Origin: Octopus sinensis | Taxonomy: Eukaryota | Assembly (NCBI RefSeq): GCF_006345805.1 | Contig: NC_043015.1 | Location: 36,394,001-36,458,000 of the forward strand | Length of the DNA: 64,000 nucleotides | Direction: 5' to 3' | The notes under the pieces: generated by a model | Databases searched by the model: none | What the model saw: the letters and a program-made list of their open reading frames with translations, nothing else | What the model was told of the DNA's origin: nothing | Program-made: the position numbers and the translations under genes | Shown here: piece by piece, positions 50,728-64,000 of the stretch | Layout: every line of letters begins with the position of its first letter | Numbering within the stretch: the stretch's first letter is position 1

Positions 50728-52119
50728 CACAAAGATTTCAAGAAGAAATAATATACAACGATACATGTATCATTATTATTAATGAAGAGGGAAAATTATG
50801 TCAGGAGGTTGCTAGGAAATATCTCCTATCCGACTGGAAATGAAATACACCTGGGAAAAAGATATAACGCAATTTATGGCAGGTTAAATTAAGTTTGAAG
50901 TTCAAAGTCACAGTGTTGCAGTTTCAAATAGACAAAGACATGAAGTGGTTTTATCAATCCAACGCAGTGAAACTAGTTTTAAAATGACTCAGAATTGACG
51001 GATTTAATGCAAAAGCTTACATGCCACCCCAGTATGAGTGTGTGTGCATACCTGCGTGTGTATTAATGCATAAATATGCACACGCTCATGCCCACACGCC
51101 CACACACACACATATAATCCATCTGTCTTCTGCACTAGCTACTTTGGGTGGGGATTGGTTTCCAAATTCTATTTCACTGACAAACTGAGACTATAAATAT
51201 AATCCAAACACCCCGTTCCCGGTCTAAGCCTTGTTCTTCTGCCACTTGGCTCGGATTGAAGAATCCAACTTCGATAATTTCCTACGATATTCTAACATCA
51301 TGGCCGTAGTACCGGAACTGTTACCACTTACAGCGGAGAATATATATGTGTTTGCGTGACTGTGTATTTGTGTGCGTGTATGTGTATGTACGTGTGTGTG
51401 AAACCCAAAATTGCCTGGAACTTAGCCTTTACGTATAATGTCATGCAGAAAATAAATTATATGCTATGAAATGGGATTTGTTTATTCAAAATGGTAGATG
51501 TTTACAGGAAAACATGGTGAAAATCAAAATTTAAAAACGCAATATGTGAACTTATTTAATCTGAAATTATTCTGTAATTTCATACACTGGCATAACACGA
51601 CAATATAAATGCTTTGGAATATAATTAGATGTTCAGTTCTATGTTCATAGATTTATTATTTCGGATTAAGATGCAGCCATTACTTTTTGGTTATTGCCCT
51701 GTTTGGCCTGGCCTCGCATTCAAATATTGAAAACAAGAAATAGTTCTCAAAACTGGGAACATTACAAAAATAGATGCAACAGAAGGAGTTTCTAAATTGA
51801 ACTGCAATAAATAAATGGCTAAAATGAATACGGATAAAAATAAACGGTGAAAGCAATAATAATGATGATGAAAATGAAGATGATGATGACGAAGACGACG
51901 ATCACGATGACGATGATGATGATGATGATGATGAAGACGATAATAAGGATAATAATAAAGATAATACAATTAACTACAATAACAATAACAATAATAATAG
52001 AAGAAACGAAGGATAAATAACGCCCTCACACCCAATATATTTCGATACATATATGTATGTATGCACATACACACACACATATATATATATATGTATATAT
52101 ATATGTATGTATGTATATA

Positions 52120-52202
<83 letters not shown>

Positions 52203-52250
52203 GTATGTATGTGCAAGCAGATATAAGCATTATTATGCATATGCATGCAG

Positions 52251-52350
<100 letters not shown>

Positions 52351-53009
52351 TAAATAGATATAAGCATATATATATATATATATATATGCATATATGTGTG
52401 TGTGCGTGTATTCCGAAAATACAAATGTAATGCCAAAACGTGAGAGAAGAGACTACAGAAATAGAAGTTCAATGTGAAATGAGTGGCTGTTGGCAACGTG
52501 TGGCCGGAAGCCAGCAGCAAAAGCAGTCAACAAGAGAAAATGAGAAAAGAAAAAAGAATCGGCTGTTGCTGCCAAATGTAGTCAAAGACGGTGCATGGAT
52601 ATAAATGGATACGTCTTCTCGTTGCTGATGTTCTTTCAGAGACTTGCCATTTCTAGACCTAAATAGAAACTCAGAACCTATCTCAGAAAGTGCTTCTAAT
52701 TTTCATGGGCGAATATATTTAATATGCTTTGTGACTAATAATATACTAGAGAAACAAATTTTAATACGCGTACGGGTACACGCATGCGCAGAGCCAGAAA
52801 GGCATGCGACATGCAGATATGTGCATGTATGTACATACACGCACACACACATATATGTATATTTTTTTATAAATAAATATATATTCATATGTGTATGGGT
52901 ATTTGTGAATCGAGAAATACATTTGTGTATATACATATACTTGATAAAACATGTATACGCACAAAGTATAGTTATATATAGATGCAGGTATAAATTCATA
53001 CTTACACAT

Positions 53010-53085
<76 letters not shown>

Positions 53086-53120
53086 ACATACATATATATA
53101 AGTACATGTGTGTGTATGTG

Positions 53121-53166
<46 letters not shown>

Positions 53167-54399
53167 TATATATATATATATACGTACATACATATATAAA
53201 AGTACATGTGTGTGTATGTGGATGTATATATATATATATATATATACAGACGTGGATGTAGACACAAATGCATGCATGAGAATGTATATATGTGGATATT
53301 TGCGTTTCTGTGAATACATGTGAGTGCCTACTGCTGTTAATTTGTATAACCAGCCAGTTGTATACCTGTACGATCGAGCGCAGCTGTCGTTTTTTATGAG
53401 AAAATCATTTCACTACACAAACACATAGAGAAGCTTACATACTCAGAAACACACCCACAAGCATACAACCACAAACGTACAACCACAAACATATATTGAC
53501 ACACAACCCGTCTCTCACACTCCACATTCATTCACAGAAATAGCCACATTGTTTTTATTCTCCCCCCCCCACTACTTTTTTAAACATATTCTCAATGTAT
53601 TTCCTAATAATAAATTTCTGTCAATATATTGTCCTTGTATGACTTACACAAAAGCGTTTAGACAAAAACTAACAGGAAGTCAGCTGAAACAGGAAGGATC
53701 CATTATTTACTTTTTTTTTTCATTTCTTTCTATTTATTTTCTTTTCCTCTGTTCCAATATTTATGATTTTTCTATTGGCGTCTATGTGTTTCTTACCCCC
53801 TTTACACACGCACACACAAACACAAGCACACAGACACAAACGCAAGCATATGCAATCACATATGTATATATATATATATATATATATATGCAACTATGTA
53901 TTTATCATTAACTGTATGTATATGTGTGTGTGTCAATATGTATACGCATACATACATATATTATATCGATAGATAAATAGATAGATAGTTATATAGATAT
54001 AAATATAATGTGGCGACACATATATATGAGGTGACACATATATGTGCATACGTCTGTGTGTTTGTGTGTGTGTACGCAAATATAAACATACACACGTCCA
54101 TAGGCTTACATACATTTACAATGAGTTTCCGAACTTCTCCCAAGTTCCACCAGAAATGTTCAAATTTCAGTTGTAAGAGGAACTGCAAAATTCAAGGAAC
54201 CGAATAACAGTGCATGTTGTGCGAAATGTTGTTTCTCGGTGGGGTCGTGTTACCAATAAACAATCCGGCAAATACGTAGCTTTTTCGTCAATTAACGGTT
54301 TTTCTTTTCTTTATTCTACTGTTGTTGTTGTTGTTGTTGTTCTTGTTAGTATTGTAGTTGGTTTTCTTTCCCGCCACTTCCTACTTTTCCTTTTTCTTT

Positions 54400-54480
54400 T
54401 TATCACTACTACTAATGCAGCAGCTGCTGCTGCTGTTACTACTACTACTACTACTGCAGCTTCTGCTGCTGCTGCTGCTG

Positions 54481-54529
<49 letters not shown>

Positions 54530-54743
54530 GACAAGGATTATTAAGTTGATAAGCTGACAGAATTGTCAAGCATTTCTGAATTCAAATACCGTCCATATCC
54601 AGTTTGTCTTTCATCATTTCGAGTTCGATAAATCAAGTACAAGTAAAACACTGCATTCGATGTCATCGACTAGTCCCTTCTCCCAAGACTGCAGGCCTTG
54701 GGAGAAGGCGTCTTCTTCTCTTCTTCTTCTTCTTCTTCTTCTT

Positions 54744-54816
<73 letters not shown>

Positions 54817-54975
54817 ATTATTATTATTATTATATTATTATTATTATTATTGTTGTTGTTGTTGTTGTTGTTATTATTATTATCATTAGTAATATTATTA
54901 TTATTAGTATTATTGTTGTTGTTGTTATTTTTATTATTATTGTTGTTGTTGTTGTTGTTATTATTATTATTATTT
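54400..54975. repeat. Compound trinucleotide arrays (CTG/CTA, CTT, TTA, TTG)
   Basis: Directly visible; explains the low-complexity ORFs. Confidence 0.95.
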
Positions 54976-57900
54976 TTTGAGAGTGACACTGGGACAAATA
55001 TACAAATATACGAAGCCCAGAATACCCATTATGACTTCACGTCTCATAAAGGTACGCCAGACATGCATTACAACCATATGTTCGTGATATATATATATAT
55101 TATATATATATATATATGTACACACACACACATATGTGTGTGTATATTTAAACGTGGTTTATCTGGTGACAATATTATTAATGTTACGTCTAGAATACAT
55201 TTTATCATTGATGATTTGTTGCATCAGAGCTGACCTTAGACAAAAGTAACAACAAGAACGACATCAAGTAAAAGGTGAGTGAAATCGATCGTTTTGAGGT
55301 AAGTGTTAGAGAAGGACATGGTACACTGGTATTAAATATAATGGAAGCGCCGTGTGGTTTGTTGCATCAGTGCCCAGTATCAAATAGACCAAACTATAAA
55401 CAATCTTCTAAATCAAATATGTTAAATCGACCAACTAACAATAATTACATTTAATAAAACACAATTAAACATTAAATAATCATTAAGAATCTTTATTGAA
55501 GCGCGGAATATATTTAACCCTTCGAACGCGAACAGCGGAGATATCCGTTCCAAATTTTTATTATCGTTAACTACGGAGAGCTTTTTTTGCCCTATGGCTT
55601 AAAAAATACAAAAATGAGAAAAAGAAAGAAAAAATGAATAAAAGCGAAACAATCACATTATTATGCCAGAGGCAGAGACACCCCCAGTACACATTTTGCT
55701 GAAAACAGTTTGTCAAATTTCTTTAATTTCTTCACATATTTCATCAAAAATCTCTTTACAGACAAATATCAAATCCGGTTAATCGTGGATATGAACGTCA
55801 TGCAAAATGGAGTGAACGAAAGTTTATGGCAGAAATATCGTTTCGATCTCTTTTAGGTGGATAATATGAACATCATTACGGGAATGATCACAAAATTTTA
55901 TCATACAATCGAAGGATTAATCAAGCAAACAGAATCTGATATCCTTAATCGAAGAGAAGAGGTCACTGCTTGGTGGCAATATTGTTGCTAGGTGACCATT
56001 AAATACTTCCAACAAACAAAAAAGAAAAACACCTCTGGCTTCAGAACAGCTGAGTATCTCTAGTTGTATCGCTTAATTTAGGCCAGGTAAGTCACGTGTT
56101 CCACTCGTGATATATAGTACAGTACAGTCTGTACAAGGTCAGTTCGTCGCCATCAGAACCGATTCCTCTCACTGGATTTGTTCAGTGACCTGTGTTGTTA
56201 GAAATCCCAAGACGACTTGAAAGATTAATCTTAGTTACTCATATTCCATCAAAGCCTCTTCGAACTCTTCAGCCTCACCTCGTACTTCAAGTTGTCTACA
56301 GCAACGTCACCTACTGTAATAAACCAAGTCTTCATTGTGCTGAATATTTAACATTATTTATAGAATAACCATTAAATTTAATACCACAGTTAAAGGCTTA
56401 AAGCTTATCAATGACCACATCATTTCTGGTTTTGCTTTCCAAGAACAGCGCAAATGAACATTATTCTCTACGTGGAGTTTCTAAGACAGTGAAATATTCG
56501 ACTGACCGACTTGCCGGAAATAAGAGCTGAATCTGTGTCGCATCTCACTCTACCGTCCTCGAAAGAAAGGAGACTGGATGAAGCATTTGAACCCAATGTT
56601 ATTAGGAATATAAGGCGATAGGCACGGCTGGATTGTCATTGAAGTGAGATGTATTGATCATTTTCTGCCAAGTGAACTTAAATTGCCCTCACAAAAATTT
56701 GGAGGATTCTAAATCGTCGATCCGTCGGTGATGGATAATTGTGATTTGTTCATTTCTCTTTCTCTGTTTAGCATTTCATCGTAAGACCTATGAAAAGATA
56801 TAAAATTCCAAAATGATAAGGTAGGGGGAGCAAAATGTGTAATTTCTGATTTCTCGTTATTTCCTCCCGACCTATTTGAAACCATTATATTACAGGTATT
56901 GCATTACCAGTGTTTACTGTTACATCATGTCAGCATACTCGCTGTTGAATTTGAGTGTTTGAAACCAAGTCAAGTGGCAGGTACTCTTTGTTTTTTGAAG
57001 AACCTTTTCCTCTCAATTGGCCAGATTGCAATTAAGGATGCTAATAAGATATCGGGATAATTTTTGGCGTTTAACAATCAATACACTTTTGTCTGCTGGA
57101 TCCCAAGTCACTGTTTTTTCCCACTAATATTTATTTTTTTTTAAAGGTATAGAGTGAGACAAAATGAATATTGCTTAATTTCAATTATTCCTTTCTCTTT
57201 AACTGTGTGGTACTTAAATATATCAGGAAGAGAATCACTCCAGCAAATCGTGAATTATTTATAGAAAATATTTTAGGCTTTTGGATTTAGCGGAGTTTCG
57301 TTCATTTGCTATCACATTCTGTGTTTCCATGGTCCTCTTTCACTTGACTTAGATAGTTTAAATTTTAGTTGCATTTCTGCTTTTTCTGATGTCTACGGAT
57401 GGATATTGACGTGCATGAGTCTATTTTCAAATGTAATTCTGAAGAATCGAAGAGGAAATTTCACTTTACTTTATCTTACTCATTTTTCCCTCACAAATTT
57501 GAAAGAGACCAGAAAACATTTCTGACATAGTGTTTACTGCATTTAGAGAAGGTCATTTGCTCATCCGAACTAGTTTTTTGAGAGGTAGTGAAGATTTGTA
57601 AAACAAACATTTTATCTCAAAGTCAACAATACAATTAATATTCCTCATTGTACCATTTCCAGAAACATTTGTAGACGAAGCATAAAGCTACAACAATCCA
57701 TAAAATATTGGGACCAAAATCGTTTCTGTGCCAATTCAAACAATATTGGAAAGAAACGAATTATCAGAAAGAGAAACAAATATATGCCTGTGTATTCTGT
57801 TCTGTTTTTAATAAATTCAAACTCCGGGTATGCATGAATTTATGTCGTTATGTAAGTATGTACGTGTGAATGCATGTACGCGTATATTTATGTATGAATA

Positions 57901-57988
57901 TTTGTATAGATGGATGGATGTACGTACATATGTATGTATGTATTGGTGGTGGGTTGATTATTGTACATGTATAAAACAACTTTGCTCT

Positions 57989-58094
57989 TAGCAATAGCAG
58001 TTAAAACTAGCTATTTCTCTATCATAAAAAATCTCCAAGACAACAAGACATTTTCTTATAGTAGAAAAATAGCTAGTTTTAACTGCTATTTCTA
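57989..58094. repeat. Short inverted repeat (24 bp perfect, 50-bp spacer)
   Basis: AATAGCAGTTAAAACTAGCTATTT (57993) and AAATAGCTAGTTTTAACTGCTATT (58067). Confidence 0.9.
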
Positions 58095-58275
58095 AATTTC
58101 GGTATGTGCTGAAGCACATTTTTTGCTGAACCCTAATTATAATTACACTCATAATTATAAAAATCTTTGTTTAAGTTTACCGAAAATGGTTCTTTTAACA
58201 TACCGAACTACTTGGTAAAATTATTAATTAATTAATTAATTAATTAATTAATTTTACCCTTTATTATTATTGATA

Positions 58276-58306
<31 letters not shown>

Positions 58307-58624
58307 TATATATGCGTAAAGATGCATGTAAGCGTACATATATCTATAGAAATATATATCCGTACAATATATATCTCTTTATGTATGTATCTATGTACAC
58401 GCTGCAAGCCATATCAGTGTTGTACGTATGTTGTGCTGGTCGGAGTCTGCATTATATAAATATGTTAACCGTAATTTGACATTGCTAGAGAATATGTGGA
58501 TGCAGGGGGAGGATTGTTAACTTTTAATGTGACAAGGATACAATATACGTGTTTATGACTACCTGTATGTGTAATTAAATACTTTTAACATATATGAATG
58601 ATGTATAATGTATGTATGTGTGTC

Positions 58625-58664
<40 letters not shown>

Positions 58665-58810
58665 TGTGTGTGTGTGTGTGTGTGTGTATTCGTGCTTATA
58701 TATACACCGATTTATGTATTTACACAAACCAAAACAGTTTTATACTTATGCACTTGAGATTATATTCTGACACCTGTCCACCTATGCAACACAAAGTTCC
58801 AACTTATATA

Positions 58811-58866
<56 letters not shown>

Positions 58867-58867
58867 A

Positions 58868-58900
<33 letters not shown>

Positions 58901-59893
58901 TGTATGTATGTTGTATACTTGTCATATTAACAGATAACAAACCGCTAGCCCCATAGACATAGTCTGTAACAATGTCAGGTTATTGTTAACATTTATATAA
59001 AGGACAAAAACACACAAAGACAAACCTAAACAACACACGTACAACACTACTGCTGCTTGTTGTGCGTACCTGGATGCATACATACATTTATGTTGACGCC
59101 GATTGAGAAATGTATCATCGAGTGTTGCGTAACAGGTGTTGCTAAAACTCGATTTGTTTATACGTAACATGAGTGTTTCTGTATCTACAAGCTTATGTCC
59201 ATGCTTGTTTCGGTTTGTGTGTGTTTCCCTCGGAATACATATTTGTATATGTATATATACATACAAACAGACACACACACACACACACCAGCACATACCA
59301 GCACACACACATATTCACCCATTGACAAACAGGAAAACGTGCGTGCGCGTGTGACAAGTCATACGCTCACGAATCTATGTCACCGAAGTGAAATTTTAGT
59401 GCGACAAAATTCACATCGTATAACCGAAATTTCAGGTTCGATTCCAATTCGTGATATATTGTGTAATTCATATTTTCGCAATCCTCGGATGGAGCTCCTA
59501 ATTTGTAAGCGTTCCTGCGTTCGGGGAAGCAATAAAAAGGCGCGGTTGATGGATTGTAATAAGAAGAGAAAAAAGAAATGCTTTGTCACTGTGTCGCGCA
59601 GATTCTACGTGTGAGCCGTGTTAAGAATACAGCCATATGCTTATCTACCAACATTTTAATTCATGAGCAGTTTATGCCATTGTTCAAACAACTGAATATG
59701 CATCTTCGACGATAGACGGAGAACCACCACTACCAATGTGTGTATATAAGTAAGACATATGTATCAATAAATTTGAAATTCGAAATTCGAAATTCTGTGC
59801 CTGATTTCTGCAAGGAACCTACGAAACCTTAAGTCACATAGAGCCGAAACAAACTGCTTTAAATAATAACAACAATAATAATAATAATCATAC

Positions 59894-59971
<78 letters not shown>

Positions 59972-59994
59972 TACATATATATAGTATGATAAAT

Positions 59995-60170
59995 CGGTAG
60001 CCACTACACACACTTTTTCTCTCCTTGTTTCTCTCTTTGCTTTTTCTGTGTCCCTTTTTGTAGAAGAGCGATGGCTTGAAACGTAAAAGACGTTTTCAAT
60101 TACTGAGCGTTATACTAATACATCAGTTTGTTTTGTATACCACCTGTCTTCGTCATTTTTTTTCGTGAAC
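59995..60170 (+). mobile_element. Possible PLE terminal-repeat fragment with a degenerate hammerhead (~60053-60089)
   Basis: CUUU..UGUAGAA-GAGC gaug GCUU-GAAA-CG-UA^AAAG; the core is mutated. (TA)n on both sides. Confidence 0.4.
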
Positions 60171-60176
60171 TCTCAC

Positions 60177-60272
<96 letters not shown>

Positions 60273-60956
60273 GTGTGTGTGTGTGCGGTTGTGTATACAT
60301 ACACATATATTTATCTGGGCATAAAAGTCTATATATGTATGTATATAGGTTTCAACAGATAAATAGACGCACATAGCCACATACATACACATGTGGGTTT
60401 ATAATCAACCATAAAACGGCAGAAAAAGATTTATAAATCCCAATTATAAAATGATGTTTAACCAATTATCCGATACATTTTACCAGAGAATTATATAATT
60501 TTCTTTGTCAATATCTGCAACAAATATTAATAGATTATGGAATACAATACACAAATAATAATTCCCAGGTCGCGAGATTTATGATACAAAATTTAATTGC
60601 TATCTTGTGTCATAACTTTATTGCCGTATAATACCACATCAATTTGTCACCGAGACACAATTGCGGTGATTTATAGAGAAAAGGAAGGACGTGTTATGAT
60701 AGGTGTTTCTACGAATAGTTTGGAAATAGTGGTGTAGTGTTTTTGATATATGTTGAATATTGTATGAAGCATGGATGTCTGTTCTTTCTCCTTGGAGTCT
60801 TTTGTATGCATGGTTGTATGCGTATAACGTATATAGATATATGTGGTTAGATAGGTAGCTCATTGTTTGTAACAAATGTGTGGTGTTTGCGTCTGTGTGT
60901 CTGAGTCCTTGAGTTAGTATATGGAACCATATACTTATGTACGCAATGCAGTAGTA

Positions 60957-61006
<50 letters not shown>

Positions 61007-61160
61007 TTTTATTCTTTTACTCGTTTCAGTCAATTTGAATCGGCCATGCTGGAGTACTGCATTGAAACGTCTTTCACTTTTACAAATCGATCCCAATGCT
61101 TCAGTAATTAGTCACATTTGCCAAATTGCTAAGATGTAAACATACCAACACCGGTTAATG
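61007..61160 (+). mobile_element. Degenerate SINE family B
   Basis: TTCTTTTACTCGTTTCAGTCAATTTGAATCGGCCATGCTGGAG, similar to 44701. Confidence 0.65.
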
Positions 61161-61256
61161 AAGGGACACACACCCACAGGTGTATATATATAAATTATAT
61201 ATATATAATATATATATTATATATATATTATAATATAATATATATATATATATAAT

Positions 61257-61313
<57 letters not shown>

Positions 61314-61634
61314 TATATATACGCGAGAAAGAAGCAACAAGAATGGATAGGTTTTTAGTACAATCGTTTCATACAAGGACAGGCTTTATTAAACGTTGCA
61401 AAAATTACAGCATATAAACGTGTCCGTACTCATCAGCTAAAATACATGTGAGTTCTCTAGACATCCTAGTGGTTGAGGCTATACTCATGAAGTAATGTAG
61501 ATAATTAAGTAACATAAACAGATTTCCAAAGTTCATTAAAGTTCTTTAAAGATGATGTACAGTCTTATCACAGAATTTTAAAAAAGTTTTAATAGCATCA
61601 CAGAGAAGGTGACCTAATCCATAGTGCACATATG

Positions 61635-61884
61635 AATTTCCAGAGATATGAGGAGGGATTACATACTCACAGACGACAAATTTATCCATTGTTAATCACA
61701 ACGAGGTGGGTCTCAATTCCTGCTTATTAGCATTACAGAGAGGGTGAATTAATCCTTTGTATAGATGCACAATTTCCAATGGTGTAGATGTAAATTTCCA
61801 GAGAAATGAAGAGGAATTTCATATTCACAGGCGATAAATTTATCAATGGTTGAACACAATGAGGTAGGTATCAATTCTTGTTAT
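61635..61884 (+). repeat. Diverged ~92-bp direct repeat, period 158 bp
   Basis: AATTTCCAGAGA.ATGA.GAGG.ATT.CATA.TCACAG.CGA.AAATTTATC at 61635 and 61793. Confidence 0.8.
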
Positions 61885-62859
61885 ATGATTAGGTATTTGC
61901 CACATTAATCACATTACTGCTATTTACAAGAGGCTGTAGCTATTTAACTTTTAAAGGCTGAAGGGCTTTTTAGAGTTGCAAAGAACAGAAAAGGGAAGGG
62001 AAGAGAAGAAAAGAGAGAAAATAAAGGAGGAGGGAGCAAAAAGGGGGGGGGAGGGGGACTAAAAGAGAAGAGAAAAGGAAAAAGAGAAGAAGAAGAAGAA
62101 AAAGAAAAAAGAGAAAAGAGAAAGAAATAGGGCAAGAAGGGAAAAAAGAAAAAGAAAAAAAAGGGTTCTAGTTATACAGAAGAATTAGTAGACGGCAAGT
62201 CTGGTTTTAATTTACAGGCATCTAGGAACTAGAGGAGAATATTATTCTTTGACCAGTAAAACAGCTAATTTATTGCTGTTGAAATCAGCTATGAATTTAA
62301 AGAGAATCTAAAGAGATAACACGGTCAGGGGTTTAGGGGTCAGAGGCTAAAATCAAAAGAAAATACATTAGGAAAATCTAAGTATAATCTTATCAAAAGT
62401 CATTAAAATTTATTTATTTCATTTATTCATTTTATTGTCTTAAGGAGTTGCCGTTATTATTCATACATTGACGGACTACAGGTCAAATCTTAGAAGATCA
62501 TTTACAGGTGTTAGGGAATTGTCTATCATAATGAAGGTAATCATATTATCACCGAGGGAGTAGCCTTATTTATTTAATTTTGAAATAGAATTATGGGGCT
62601 TTAGTAACTCATTTTATTTTATTAAAGTTATGCTACTTAAATTAGATTAAGTTAAGAATTAAAATTAAAAATTACAATTAAGATTTAAAATTAAGATTTA
62701 AAATTATGAGTTTGAAATTAAATAAAGCCTCAATTAAGCAGCGTATAAGTAATATTCATTTCCCTGTTCTCAAAAAACTGATGCAGATATAAGGAAAAAG
62801 ATAACTGTAGTGTGAGAACTCTTAGTTATCTACTTAAAGCAGTGCTGTACTAGTAAAAA

Positions 62860-62971
62860 TCAAGTTATATCTATCTATCTATCTAGTTACGAATATTCTA
62901 ATCATTTAATCATTTAATCATTTAAATGATTAGAATATTCGTAACTAGATAGATAGATAGATATAACTTGA
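62860..62971. repeat. Perfect 48-bp-arm palindrome with (AATCATTT)3 at the apex
   Basis: 62860-62907 is the exact reverse complement of 62924-62971. Confidence 0.93.
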
Positions 62972-62985
62972 ATCTTTATTGCTTT

Positions 62986-63052
<67 letters not shown>

Positions 63053-63329
63053 ACAGGTTTCTTTCAGTTTCAGTTTCAGCCTGATTTTCATTAATGTACA
63101 TTAACTAGAGCATTGGATAATTTTAGCTCTTATTTCTAGCAATATAGGTGTTTCTTAACACCCTGGTCAAATTTAGTGACAATTATAATTCTTTTTCGTG
63201 AAACATTGTAACCTACTGTTGATTATAATTTTATGCATTTATATATATATATTCGTTTGTTTCACATGAAATATCGCATTTGAAAGGTAAAAATAAAATG
63301 TTCCAGAAGTGTTAGAGAACTGATTTAAT

Positions 63330-64000
63330 TACTCAAAGTATGATCCATGTTAATTTATGACGTTTACCCAACGTTTCTCTATGTCATATATTCCATCATT
63401 AAAAAGAAAAAGAATTCATCTTTTGCTGTGATAAACTCTCTGAATGCTTCAATTACCTCTTCTCTATTTAAGAATATTTTATTGCTTATGAAAACCTCAA
63501 AATGCTTTAAAATAAGGGATGATCAGTAAGAGAGATATCACGGGGAATAGGAAGGATGTTCCAACTCATAATTCAGGATTTGCAACTTTTGGACCGTAAC
63601 TTGTGGAGTGTGAGAATGTGCATTGTCGTGAAGCAAAATTTGGCCATCTCTGTTCACAACTCTGGATTGCTTTCTTTCAAATTCTCATGCATACAATCAA
63701 TTTCCTGGCAATACGATGTTGCTGTTACCGCTTTCCCTTGTAAAAAGGAATAATGTATAACCCCCTTCGCAGACCACCATACAGTGACCACTAATTTTTT
63801 AGGGTGCAATGGTGGGTTTGAGTAATGTTTAAGTGACTCTCCTGCATCTAATCACTGTCCTGTACTCCTATTGTTGTCAAAGAGTATCCATTTCTCTCAC
63901 AAGCAATGATTTAATGCAAAAATGAACTTTTTCCAGTCGAGAAAGCAATAAGGAGCACACTTCGAGGCGTCTATATTTTTTTTATGTCGTTCAATCGATA
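63330..64000 (-). pseudogene. Mariner (Hsmar/SETMAR-like) transposase relic, runs off the window end
   Basis: EKWILFDN, LHPKKLVVTVWWSAKGVIHY, LLHDNAHSH, HPSYSP, FLNREEV.EAFREFI. Confidence 0.88.

Noticed and set aside
62170-62600. Possible CR1/L2 3' relic and a GGGGTTTAGGGG telomere-like motif
   Set aside because: The protein similarity is too weak, and the telomere-like motif is a single occurrence.

Overview
AT-rich, microsatellite-saturated eukaryotic DNA with no supportable host protein-coding gene, rRNA, tRNA or CRISPR array. The SINE families and repeat landscape resemble octopus genomic DNA; this is inferred from memory, not from a search. The window contains one young 5'-truncated R4/Dong non-LTR retrotransposon with an intact 623-aa RT-CCHC-RLE ORF, inserted in (TAA)n, plus three decayed relatives. 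It also holds relics of Tc1, two mariners and a Helitron Pif1 helicase, and about ten SINE copies. The most striking feature is a set of hammerhead-ribozyme-bearing repeats. (1) A 3.74-kb head-to-head fold-back palindrome of a Penelope-like (GIY-YIG) element, 14835-18573, with a hammerhead near each outer end and a duplicated apex. (2) A 355-bp fold-back palindrome with two hammerheads, 28189-28543. (3) A 1.5-copy tandem of a 366-bp hammerhead unit, 13521-14077, which looks retrozyme-like. (4) Further isolated hammerheads, including a canonical one at 39400-39445. A third fold-back with a triplicated apex lies at 62860-62971. Hammerheads in Penelope-like elements and small tandem hammerhead repeats are known classes. 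What may be new is the recurrent head-to-head fold-back geometry with apex duplications, embedded in (TA)n. All alignments and folds were done by eye; activity and novelty are untested.
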